Shown here in pieces: positions 48,727-57,423 of a DNA stretch of 64,000 nucleotides. The stretch is taken from positions 3,897-67,896 of the forward strand of contig JACRGC010000002.1 of assembly GCA_016212475.1 (NCBI GenBank). The letters are read 5' to 3'. The notes under the pieces were generated by a model. The model was not told where the DNA came from, searched no databases, and worked only from the letters and a program-made list of their open reading frames with translations. Position 1 is the first letter of the stretch. The number at the start of each line of letters is the position of its first letter. The DNA comes from Candidatus Micrarchaeota archaeon (GTDB lineage: Archaea; Micrarchaeota; Micrarchaeia; Norongarragalinales; SBBD01). The position numbers were made by a program, and so were the translations under genes.

Positions 48727-48961
48727 GCAGGGGTGGCAGAGCTTGGTCAAATGCGCAGGGCTTAGGTGAGCCTTTTTCTTTCACGAAAGAAAAAGCTTCG
48801 GGAAAAAGAAAGGTTTCTTAGAAACCCTGTGCCTTAGGGCTGCGAGGGTTCAAACGCCTTGCCTTTCTTTTGTAAAAGAAAGGCGTATGGCGCCGCCAAA
48901 GAAAACAAATTAGCGGCTCCGCCGATTTTGTTGGCAAGGCATGAAAATCCCTTCCCCTGCA
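48727..48961 (+). tRNA. tRNA-Leu(TAG) with two introns: 37/38 (48767-48823, 57 nt) and 59/60 (48855-48947, 93 nt)
   Basis: Spliced: GCAGGGGTGGCAGAGCTTGGTCAAATGCGCAGGGCTTAGG|ACCCTGTGCCTTAGGGCTGCGAGGGTTCAAA|TCCCTTCCCCTGCA. Long variable arm, A73; BHB helices CTTA/TTAG and TTCA/TGAA; T-tract follows. Confidence 0.94.
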
Positions 48962-49053
48962 TTTTTTTAATTTTATTGAATCAGAAGTCTTTTTAAACTC
49001 CATTTGCGATTTAATTTAACAAATGTCTAACTAGTGTTCGGCTGTTGACGATT

Positions 49054-51291
49054 ATGTCTGGAAACGGAAATGGATTGTCCAAGGAAGGCAGGAAAAAGCT
49101 AATGGATCTAGCGAAGCGCATAGTCATAAAGGTTGGGTCTAATGTCCTAACAACCCCTGAAGGCAAGCTGGATTTGAACAAAATGATGGAAATAGCCGAA
49201 ATTGTTTCAAAACTTAAAGAGCAAGGAAAGCAGGTAATTTTGGTCTCATCCGGAGCAGTTGCTGCTGGAAAAATGAGGCTTGGGCTAAACGGAGGGGATC
49301 TGAAAAAACTTACCCTTGGGATGCAGCAATCCTCCGCTGCAATTGGTCAATCCATTTTAATGGAGCATTACAACAATTTCTTTGCAAAGCATCATCAAAT
49401 CGCAGCCCAGTTGTTGCTGACTCCTGAGGATTTTGCTGATGAACTTCGCCATGCAAATGTCCAAAGCACACTTGATATGCTCCTTTCACTGAATGCAGTC
49501 CCAATTGTCAATGAAAACGATCCGGTTTCAGTTGATGAGCTTGGGATTTGCCTTCTTCCTGAAGAAACCCTTTCGGAAAAGATGAAACTAGCTCTTAAAA
49601 ACAAGGGAATTTACCTTGAAAAGTGCCTCCCCGGGCAAAAAGTTTTCGGCGACAATGACATGCTATCCGCCCTAGTTGCAAAAACCGTTTCTGCTAACCT
49701 ATTGGTGCTTTTATCGGATGTTGATGGGCTTTATACCTGCAATCCAAAAGGCGAAAATGCGAACGCTGCAAGGCTGATTGATCACGTGCTGGAAATAGAT
49801 GAGGATATGGAAAAAATGGCAGCAGCTGATTGCGGCGATAACGGAAGGGGCGGAATGGCAAGCAAAGTAAAGGCGGCAAAATATGCAGCATCCCATGGGA
49901 CTCCGGTGATTATTGCAAATGGCAAAAATCAGGTTATGCTTCCAAAACTTTTCCAAGGGGAGCGCGTTGGCACATTTTTTGAAACCAAGCAGTACGCCGA
50001 GGAAAAAACACTTGAAGGAAAGAGGGATGTTAGGGAAAAACTTACCCCCAAGCTAACTGCTGCAAAAAATTCAACAACCGTTCTTGGCATCATGGCAGAC
50101 AAGGAAAAAAACGAGGCCCTATTGGTCCTTGCAAAGGCTATCCGGGCTTATTCGCCCGATATTTTAGCCGCCAACCAGTTGGACGTTGATGCCGCAAAAA
50201 GAAAGGGCGTTAAGGATTCCCTAGTCGACCGACTTACACTAAATGCAAACCGCATAGAAGAAATGGCCAAAATGTGCGAGTTTGTTTCATCCCTAAAAGA
50301 TCCGGTCGGAGAAAAAATGGATAATTGGGCCGTAAAAAGCGGGCTTAACATTTCTAAAATCCGGGTGCCAATTGGGGTAATCGGCGTGATTTACGAATCC
50401 AGGCCAAATGTGACGGTTGATTCGGTTGCGCTTTGCTTAAAATCCGGCAATGCAATAATTCTAAAAGGCGGCAGCGACGCCCTAAATTCAAATATTGCAA
50501 TTGTAAAAATTGTCAGGCAAGCGCTTAGGAAAACCAAAATCCCAGAAGAGGCGGTGCAATTTTTAGACGGTGGACGGGAGGAAGCTAATGAACTGATGAA
50601 GGCTAGCAGCTATGTTGATTTGATTGTCCCTCGTGGCGGAGCTAATTTGATTGATACGGTTAGGAAAAATTCGGTTGTCCCAGTGCTTGAAACCGGCGTT
50701 GGGAATTGCCATATTTATGTCGACAAGGAAGCGGATTTGGAAATGGCAAGGAAAATCGTTCTCAATGCAAAATGCCAGCGCCCGGGCACTTGCAACGCCG
50801 CTGAAAAACTCCTAATTCACAAGGATGTTGCCGCTTCATTCCTTCCAAATGTTGCAAAAGAGCTCCATGAAAGGAAAGTCGAACTTAGGTGCGATAAGGA
50901 GAGCATGAAAATCCTTGAGAATTCTAAAATCCCCCTCAAACTTGCTACGGAGGAGGATTGGAAAATGGAATATCTTGATCTTATTATGGGGATAAAAATT
51001 GTAAATTCGCTTGAAGAGGCCATTTTGCACATAGGCAAATACGGAACCAAGCATTCTGAAGCAATCATCACAAAAAACAGCGCCTCATCAACCAAATTCA
51101 TGAAGGAAATTGATGCAGCTGCCCTTTACCATAACGCTTCCACAAGATTCACGGATGGCTCGGAATTCGGGTTTGGGGCGGAAATTGGAATAAGCACGCA
51201 AAAGCTCCATGCAAGGGGCCCAGTTGGCCTTCGGGAATTGACCTCTTATAAATATTTGATAGAAGGCGCAGGCCAAGTGCGCGGCGGCTGA
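49054..51291 (+). CDS. proBA: Fused glutamate 5-kinase and gamma-glutamyl phosphate reductase (P5CS-like ProBA)
   Basis: KVGS, SSGAV, NEND..FGDND, GGM.SK, then without stop or PUA domain YESRPNVT, PRGG, GNCH, CNAAE, STRFTDG.EFG.GAEIGIST. Confidence 0.95.
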   Translation: MSGNGNGLSKEGRKKLMDLAKRIVIKVGSNVLTTPEGKLDLNKMMEIAEIVSKLKEQGKQVILVSSGAVAAGKMRLGLNGGDLKKLTLGMQQSSAAIGQSILMEHYNNFFAKHHQIAAQLLLTPEDFADELRHANVQSTLDMLLSLNAVPIVNENDPVSVDELGICLLPEETLSEKMKLALKNKGIYLEKCLPGQKVFGDNDMLSALVAKTVSANLLVLLSDVDGLYTCNPKGENANAARLIDHVLEIDEDMEKMAAADCGDNGRGGMASKVKAAKYAASHGTPVIIANGKNQVMLPKLFQGERVGTFFETKQYAEEKTLEGKRDVREKLTPKLTAAKNSTTVLGIMADKEKNEALLVLAKAIRAYSPDILAANQLDVDAAKRKGVKDSLVDRLTLNANRIEEMAKMCEFVSSLKDPVGEKMDNWAVKSGLNISKIRVPIGVIGVIYESRPNVTVDSVALCLKSGNAIILKGGSDALNSNIAIVKIVRQALRKTKIPEEAVQFLDGGREEANELMKASSYVDLIVPRGGANLIDTVRKNSVVPVLETGVGNCHIYVDKEADLEMARKIVLNAKCQRPGTCNAAEKLLIHKDVAASFLPNVAKELHERKVELRCDKESMKILENSKIPLKLATEEDWKMEYLDLIMGIKIVNSLEEAILHIGKYGTKHSEAIITKNSASSTKFMKEIDAAALYHNASTRFTDGSEFGFGAEIGISTQKLHARGPVGLRELTSYKYLIEGAGQVRGG

Positions 51292-51393
51292 TTTTTTAAG
51301 TTGAATTGCAATTTATCTAGTGCTTGGATTCTTGGGAAAATAATACTTATCTTGTTTAAGTGCTTGGAAAAATTGCATTTTTTAGCTGGTAAT

Positions 51394-52188
51394 ATGACTC
51401 TAAAAATCGGGATTTTGGGTTTTGGCAAAATGGGAAGCGCAATTGCCAGCGGCCTTTTGGAAAAAAAATTCGATGCGCAAATTCATGCCCTTGACAAATC
51501 GGCAGTTTTGCCATCAAATATTACTCCGGCAAAAAATGAATTGGAACTTCTGGAAAATTCCGACGTCTTGATTATTTGCGTAAAGCCGCAGGATGTTGCT
51601 AATCTTTTGGATAATTTGAAGAATTCTTTCCGATCTCTTAAATCCGTTCCTATTTTCGTATCAATAGCTGCCGGAATCACATTGGAGCTATTGGGAAAAA
51701 AAATTGGCAAATCACAAAAAATTGTGCGCGTCATGCCAAACATTGCAGCTACTGTTGGGCAGGCCGCCTCTGCAATTGCCGCAAATGGGAACTGCAAACG
51801 AGGCGATGTCGATCTTATCTTGAAAATTTTTAGGTGCATCGGCAAGGCGTATGTTGTTTCGGAGGAGGAAATCGACATCGTAACCGCAACATCCGGGAGC
51901 GGGCCGGCATATTTTTTCCTATTGACTGAAAAATTGACCGAGGCCGCCCAAAAAGCCGGGCTTGAAAAATCGCTTGCCCAAAAACTGGCGATCCAAACAA
52001 TTATCGGAAGCGCTAAAATGCTTGAAAAAACCGGGGAAGCGCCAAAGGATTTACGAGAAAAAGTCACATCGCCAAACGGCACGACTGCGGCTGCCTTGAA
52101 GGTTTTCGAGGAGAGGGATTTTGGAATAATCGTATCCGACGCTTTGAATGCCGCCAAAAAAAGGGCTAAGGAGCTCTCTAAAGGGTAA
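51394..52188 (+). CDS. proC: Pyrroline-5-carboxylate reductase
   Basis: G.GKMG, VKPQ, SIAAG, RVMPN, SGSGPAY, VTSPNGTT. Confidence 0.96.
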   Translation: MTLKIGILGFGKMGSAIASGLLEKKFDAQIHALDKSAVLPSNITPAKNELELLENSDVLIICVKPQDVANLLDNLKNSFRSLKSVPIFVSIAAGITLELLGKKIGKSQKIVRVMPNIAATVGQAASAIAANGNCKRGDVDLILKIFRCIGKAYVVSEEEIDIVTATSGSGPAYFFLLTEKLTEAAQKAGLEKSLAQKLAIQTIIGSAKMLEKTGEAPKDLREKVTSPNGTTAAALKVFEERDFGIIVSDALNAAKKRAKELSKG

Positions 52189-52276
52189 GTGCGAAACAAG
52201 GGGCGCTTGCCTTATTTTTTAAAGGATGGTTTTCATTATTTAGTGTTCATCGCATATTTTCAATTTTCAAAAAAGG

Positions 52277-53743
52277 ATGCCAATTATGGTTGAAATGAAG
52301 CAGCGCGAATTCAATATAGATAAGCAAAACAATTTTTCGGAGTGGTATAACACAATCATTTATGCATCCGAACTTGCGGACATCCGCTACAACATCAAAG
52401 GATTTGTTGTCCATCGCCCCTGGGCGGCTCTTTTTTTCAAGCAACTCTACGATCAATTCGAATCAAAACTCGAGCTAGACGGCCATTTGCCGGTTATTTT
52501 TCCTACGCTAATTCCGGAGGAGAATTTCCTAAAGGAAAAAGCGCATGTCGAAGGGTTTTCACCCGAAGTTTTTTGGGTTACGGAAAAAGGCAGGGAAACG
52601 CTTGACCGCAAGCTTGCGCTTAGGCCAACAAGCGAAACGGCGTTCTATCAGATGTTTGCGCTATGGGTCGAAAGCTTCAAGGATTTGCCAATGAAACTTT
52701 ACCAGAGCTGTTCTGTTTTCCGCGCAGAAAAGGAAACCAACCCGTTCCTTCGGGGCAGCGAATTCCTATGGATTGAAACGCACAATGTGTATGCAACCGG
52801 GGAAGAGGCGCTGGCTCAGACAAGGAAGGATTACCATATAATGAAGGAAGTAGCAACCGATTCGCTTGGGATCCATTTTTTAGCATTTGAGCGTCCGGAG
52901 TGGGATAAATTCGCAGGAGGTGAAAAAACCTTCGCATATGATTGCCTGATGCCGGATGGAAAATCCTTCCAATTCGGGAGCACGCATTTTTTGGGCAATC
53001 ATTTCACTACTGCATTCGATGTTAGTTTTACCGATTCTGAAGGCAACAAGAAAATCCCCTATTCGACCTGCTTTGGGCCGGGCATTTGGAGGGTGCTTGG
53101 GGCTGTTGTTGCAATCCATGGCGATTCGAAGGGGCTGATTTTCCCATTTTCAGTTGCGCCAATTCAGGTGATAATCGTCCCTATTTTGAAGGGTGAAAAC
53201 GCCCAAAAAGTCAAGGATAAGGCGCAGGAAATCAAGGAATCACTGGTTGCAAAAGGAATCCGCACATCAATTGATTTGACGGATAAAACCCCCGGCTTCA
53301 AATTCAACTGGTGGGAGATGCGGGGAGTTCCATTTCGGATTGAACTTGGCGAGCGGGAAGTCACTGAAAATTCTGCAACCTTAGCTCTAAGGCACAGCCG
53401 CGAAAAAATCAAGGTGCCGCTTGCGCAGCTCCATGAAACTTTGATTGCAAAATCAGCTGAAATGCTAAACGCCCTTTCAGAAAAAAGCCAAAAAGAGCTG
53501 AATTCCCAAATTAAAATCGCAAGCACCAAGGAAGAGGCAAAGAAAATCCTGGATGAAAAAGGTTTTGCCAAGCTGTTCATTTGCTCGATGGGAATGGATG
53601 GGAAAAAGTGCGCGGAAGATCTGAAAGATTTCACAAAAGGGGGAAAAGTGAGGGGCACAAGGCTGGAAGAAAAAACAGAAAATGGAAAATGCATTGTTTG
53701 TGGAAGAAATGGTTTAAGGGTCTATTTTGCAAGGCAATATTAG
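52277..53743 (+). CDS. proS: Proline--tRNA ligase (archaeal/eukaryotic type)
   Basis: FSEWY, HVEGFSPE, RPTSET, HGD..GL, C-terminal Zn site and terminal FARQY. Confidence 0.97.
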   Translation: MPIMVEMKQREFNIDKQNNFSEWYNTIIYASELADIRYNIKGFVVHRPWAALFFKQLYDQFESKLELDGHLPVIFPTLIPEENFLKEKAHVEGFSPEVFWVTEKGRETLDRKLALRPTSETAFYQMFALWVESFKDLPMKLYQSCSVFRAEKETNPFLRGSEFLWIETHNVYATGEEALAQTRKDYHIMKEVATDSLGIHFLAFERPEWDKFAGGEKTFAYDCLMPDGKSFQFGSTHFLGNHFTTAFDVSFTDSEGNKKIPYSTCFGPGIWRVLGAVVAIHGDSKGLIFPFSVAPIQVIIVPILKGENAQKVKDKAQEIKESLVAKGIRTSIDLTDKTPGFKFNWWEMRGVPFRIELGEREVTENSATLALRHSREKIKVPLAQLHETLIAKSAEMLNALSEKSQKELNSQIKIASTKEEAKKILDEKGFAKLFICSMGMDGKKCAEDLKDFTKGGKVRGTRLEEKTENGKCIVCGRNGLRVYFARQY

Positions 53744-53763
53744 CTGATTTTTGGTGAAATTCT

Positions 53764-54081
53764 GTGGAGGAATTTGTTAAGGGGCTGAAAAAGTTGGGAT
53801 TCAAGGTAGATGCAACAATTGCCGACCCCAAAGAATGGGACCTAAACCAGATGAATAAATTCGGTGAATTCCAATTTGAATTTGTTAAAGGAAGGTTAAA
53901 CGCAAGCCAGAAGGAAATTCTCAAAAAGCAAATTACCCGGCTAAGCAATTCGCTCTCTTACCGATTAATGAAGCATGTTGATTGGGGATTCAGGGCAAAA
54001 ACAGAAATATTGGGCCAAAACCCCTATAAGCTAAAATTGATTCTGATGAAAATAACCGGGCAACAACAGGATTTTCCATGA
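53764..54081 (+). CDS. Orphan small protein, paralogue of 54537-54860
   Basis: MEEFVKGLKKLGFKV N-terminus shared with the downstream ORF; ATGA overlap with the Nudix gene. Confidence 0.65.
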   Translation: MEEFVKGLKKLGFKVDATIADPKEWDLNQMNKFGEFQFEFVKGRLNASQKEILKKQITRLSNSLSYRLMKHVDWGFRAKTEILGQNPYKLKLILMKITGQQQDFP

Positions 54082-54521
54082 TAATTTCAAAGGAATTTGC
54101 AAAAGCCGCTGTTTTTGATAAGAATGGAAGGTTGCTATTGACAAAAAGATCATCCAAGGATAAATTTTCGCCAAACCACTGGGAAATGCCTGTTGGCGAA
54201 CTAAAGGTTGGCGAATCAACCCTGAAGGCGGCCCTTAGGGAAACAGCTGAAGAGGCTGGAATTGTTCCCAAAATCCATCATCTTTCGCCAATTCATCAAA
54301 AATCATTCCAATTAAGGGAGGGCGGGCTTGGAATAATGACGCTCCATCTTTTCCTGCATAATAGGGCGCGGCCCAAAGTAAAAGTGGATGGAAAAGAAAC
54401 CGTCGATGGCAGGTTTTATACCTTTGAGCAGATCAGGAAAAATAAACTCTTGATAAATGCGAATAATGTGGAATTGATTAGAATTGCTTTCAAGGCGCAC
54501 AAGAGGATTTTCAAAAAATAG
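54078..54521 (+). CDS. Nudix hydrolase
   Basis: Nudix box GELKVGESTLKAALRETAEEAGI, with LLLTKRS and WEMP. Confidence 0.9.
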   Translation: MIISKEFAKAAVFDKNGRLLLTKRSSKDKFSPNHWEMPVGELKVGESTLKAALRETAEEAGIVPKIHHLSPIHQKSFQLREGGLGIMTLHLFLHNRARPKVKVDGKETVDGRFYTFEQIRKNKLLINANNVELIRIAFKAHKRIFKK

Positions 54522-54536
54522 GCAATTTACGCAAAT

Positions 54537-54860
54537 GTGAGTAATATGGAAGAATTCGTCGAACAGCTGAAAAAATTGGGATTCAAGGTTACCGGAACGT
54601 ATGCGGATCAAAAAATAACCAAGCTAAAGGAAGGATCGGATATTGCGAATTTGACGCTGGTTCATGAAAATCCGAATTTGAACCAGAGGGATATTATTGC
54701 AATGAAGAAAAAAATGATCCAGCTTTATTCCTCGCTCGCAGTCCGTTTAAGGGATTTTGATTTGATCGGGCCCGAATTCAAGCCTATACCCTTTAGGGAA
54801 ACCCCGTTTTCAATGCTATTGACAATAAAGAAAGGCTCTGAAAAAAATTCTAAAAAATAG
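54537..54860 (+). CDS. Orphan small protein, paralogue of 53764-54081
   Basis: MEEFVEQLKKLGFKV N-terminus; LN..Q...KK....L..SL..RL similarity. Confidence 0.65.
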   Translation: MSNMEEFVEQLKKLGFKVTGTYADQKITKLKEGSDIANLTLVHENPNLNQRDIIAMKKKMIQLYSSLAVRLRDFDLIGPEFKPIPFRETPFSMLLTIKKGSEKNSKK

Positions 54861-54876
54861 TTTGACTTCCAAATCA

Positions 54877-55362
54877 TCAAATCAATTGCCTATAGTCCTC
54901 CTTTACGACATTGAGTATGATGTGGGTGTTTGTCCGTTCAACTTCTGGAATTGTAAGTATTGCCTTAACCAATTTGCTAAGTTCGCCCCTGCTCCTGGTT
55001 TTTGCCAAAACTATGGAATCACTCCCGCCGGTAATGTCGTAAACCGCAGATACTCCGATCATCCCCGCAATTTTTCGCTGCACATCCAAAAGCGCGCCCT
55101 TCTTGATTGTGATTTCAATCAGCCCCATGTAATCATAGCCAAGTTTTGAAAAATCCAAATTTGCAGAATAGCCCTTTATCATTCCTTCCTTTTCCATCCT
55201 TCCCATGCGCTGCAAAAGCGTTGATGTTGAGATTTTGAGCCTTTTTGCAATTTCCCTAGCGGAATCCCTGCCGTTTTTCATTAACTCTTCGACAATCCTT
55301 CGATCCAGTTCGTCGGGCTCGTAGGGCTTTTTTTGCTCACTTTCTTGGCGTAAATGCTCCAT
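54877..55362 (-). CDS. Lrp/AsnC family transcriptional regulator
   Basis: DELDRRIV..L....R wHTH, YDITG..D and RTNT.I.L RAM-domain motifs. Confidence 0.95.
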   Translation of the reverse strand: MEHLRQESEQKKPYEPDELDRRIVEELMKNGRDSAREIAKRLKISTSTLLQRMGRMEKEGMIKGYSANLDFSKLGYDYMGLIEITIKKGALLDVQRKIAGMIGVSAVYDITGGSDSIVLAKTRSRGELSKLVKAILTIPEVERTNTHIILNVVKEDYRQLI

Positions 55363-55576
55363 GGAATGTAAAACAATTCCAACCCTTATTAATCATTATC
55401 CTTGAAAAAATTCCAAGCCGGATTGCATTTTTTGCAATTCAAGGTTGTTTTTCCAAAAAAGCTTGGAGTTTATGCAAAAGGCGGCCAATCCTTCCAATCG
55501 TTTGGTTTTTTAATAAGGCAATTCCCTAGTTTTAGAAACAATTTGCCAAAATTGGCGATAAAAAAATTGATGATTT

Positions 55577-56845
55577 ATGCTTGATATTAGGCTGGTTCGC
55601 GAAGAGCCAGAAAAAATAAAGGCAGCTCTTAAAAACCGCAATTCGAATTCAGACGTTTTGGACGAACTTATAAAGAAAGATTTGCAGTGGAGGAAAATGC
55701 TCCAATTCGTTGAGGAGCTTAGGGGAAAGCGCAATTTGGTTTCTAAGGAGATCAATGAGCTATTGAAGGCAAAAAAGGACGCAAAGGAAAAAATGAGGGA
55801 GGCAAAGGAAATACCCCAAAAAATCAGCGAACTAGAAGAGCAGCTGCGGGAAGCTGAAAAAGAAAGGCTGGCGCTTGAACTGCTCATACCAAACATCCCG
55901 CAAAACGATGTGCCAATTGGCAAGGATGAATCGCAAAACAAAGTCATCAAAACCGTGGGGGCTCCAAGAAAATTCACATTCAAGCAAAGGGATCACCATG
56001 AAATCGGCGAGGCGCTTGGAATTTTGGATTTTGAGCGGGGTGCAAAATTATCCGGCGAAAGGTTTACTGTAATCAAAAAGGAGGGCGCAATTCTCGAACG
56101 TGCGCTCATCAATTTCATGCTTGATTTGCATCGCAAAAAAGGGTATGTTGAAATTTCCCCTCCTCTTCTTGTCAGGCCCGAAGTCTTGATTGGGACCGGG
56201 CAGCTCCCAAAATTCGAGGAGGATTTGTATAAGATGGAGCGGGACAATTTGTATGCAATCCCAACATCCGAAGTGGTTTTGACAAATCTTCATGCGGATG
56301 AATTCATCGAGCATAAATCATTGCCGTTCAACTACTGCGCCTACACTCCCTGCTTTAGGCGGGAAGCTGGATCGCATGGAAAGGATACGCGCGGAATCAT
56401 CCGGCAGCATCAATTCGATAAAGTGGAGCTTGTCAAGATAACCGATGAGGTCTCTTCAAATTCCGAGCACCTAAAAATGCTAAAGGATGCGGAGGATGTT
56501 TTGGTAAAGCTTGGGCTTCCATACAGGGTAAATGAGCTTTGCACCGGCGATATGGGCTTTTCAGCTGCTCGCACATATGATGTCGAGGTTTGGCTCCCCG
56601 GCCAATCAAAATTCCGGGAAATCAGCTCGGTTAGCAATTGCCTGGATTTCCAATCAAGGCGTGCGAAAATAAAATACCGATCAAAGGACAACACGTTCAA
56701 ATACTGCCACACTTTGAATGGCAGCGGGCTTGCGGTTGGACGGACATTTGTTGCAATTTTGGAAAATTTCCAAGAAGAGGATGGTTCAGTCAAAATTCCC
56801 GAGGCCCTCAAGCCCTACATGGGCGGAATTAGGCAGATTGGCTGA
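55577..56845 (+). CDS. serS: Serine--tRNA ligase (standard type)
   Basis: MLDI, coiled-coil arm, GTGQLPKF, PTSEV, FRREAG, RQHQF.KVE, EISS.SNC, HTLNGSGLAVGR. Confidence 0.98.
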   Translation: MLDIRLVREEPEKIKAALKNRNSNSDVLDELIKKDLQWRKMLQFVEELRGKRNLVSKEINELLKAKKDAKEKMREAKEIPQKISELEEQLREAEKERLALELLIPNIPQNDVPIGKDESQNKVIKTVGAPRKFTFKQRDHHEIGEALGILDFERGAKLSGERFTVIKKEGAILERALINFMLDLHRKKGYVEISPPLLVRPEVLIGTGQLPKFEEDLYKMERDNLYAIPTSEVVLTNLHADEFIEHKSLPFNYCAYTPCFRREAGSHGKDTRGIIRQHQFDKVELVKITDEVSSNSEHLKMLKDAEDVLVKLGLPYRVNELCTGDMGFSAARTYDVEVWLPGQSKFREISSVSNCLDFQSRRAKIKYRSKDNTFKYCHTLNGSGLAVGRTFVAILENFQEEDGSVKIPEALKPYMGGIRQIG

Positions 56846-56904
56846 TGGAATAATAAGGATTATATTTTTCAAATGTTTATTCGTTGGCATTTTTGGTGTT
56901 AGTT

Positions 56905-57309
56905 ATGAATTTGAAGGTTTTGGGCCAGGTATTCATGGCAATGTTCATTGTTTCCCTAGTGGGATATGGTTTTTCTTTCCTAGGGGTTCCGGGCAGTTTG
57001 GTGGATTCGTTTTGGAAATTGATTGCATTATCCCTTGCAATTTCAATAATTGCAGGGTATGCATATCCGCATGTTAGGGGGATTAAAAAGGATGATCAGC
57101 TCCTTGCAACTATTAGGCGCGATGTGATGCACAATAACGCCCTTCATCAGCACGTTGACAATGTGGTGGTTGTTGCAACCGATGAGGGAAGAATTGGCCA
57201 GAAAATAAAGGTCAAGCTTTGGAACGGAAAAAGGGGCGAGGGGGTCATAACGCAATACGCAGGCACACTGACTCCTGCAACAATTAGATTGACGGAGAGC
57301 GAAATGTGA
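56905..57309 (+). CDS. Membrane protein with C-terminal OB/NfeD-like beta domain
   Basis: Two TMs followed by a beta-rich G.IG.KIKV domain. Confidence 0.65.
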   Translation: MNLKVLGQVFMAMFIVSLVGYGFSFLGVPGSLVDSFWKLIALSLAISIIAGYAYPHVRGIKKDDQLLATIRRDVMHNNALHQHVDNVVVVATDEGRIGQKIKVKLWNGKRGEGVITQYAGTLTPATIRLTESEM

Positions 57310-57423
57310 ATCAAATAAAAATATTAATTTTGGGAAATACCTTTAGCAATTCCAATCATTCCGCCAACAATTTCCATTAAATACAATCAAAATTTAATTT
57401 TCCATTAAAATTCGTGAAAAAAT

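Noticed and set aside
45818-48961. Split or permuted tRNAs, intron-encoded homing endonucleases, C/D-box guides in the introns
   Set aside because: Exons are collinear and in cis, the introns are too short to code, and I found no convincing RUGAUGA/CUGA box pairs.
45802-49003. ORFs 45802-46107, 46648-46887, 46770-47039 and 48818-49003
   Set aside because: They overlie the intron-containing tRNA genes, and their F/K-rich translations come from the T and A tracts.
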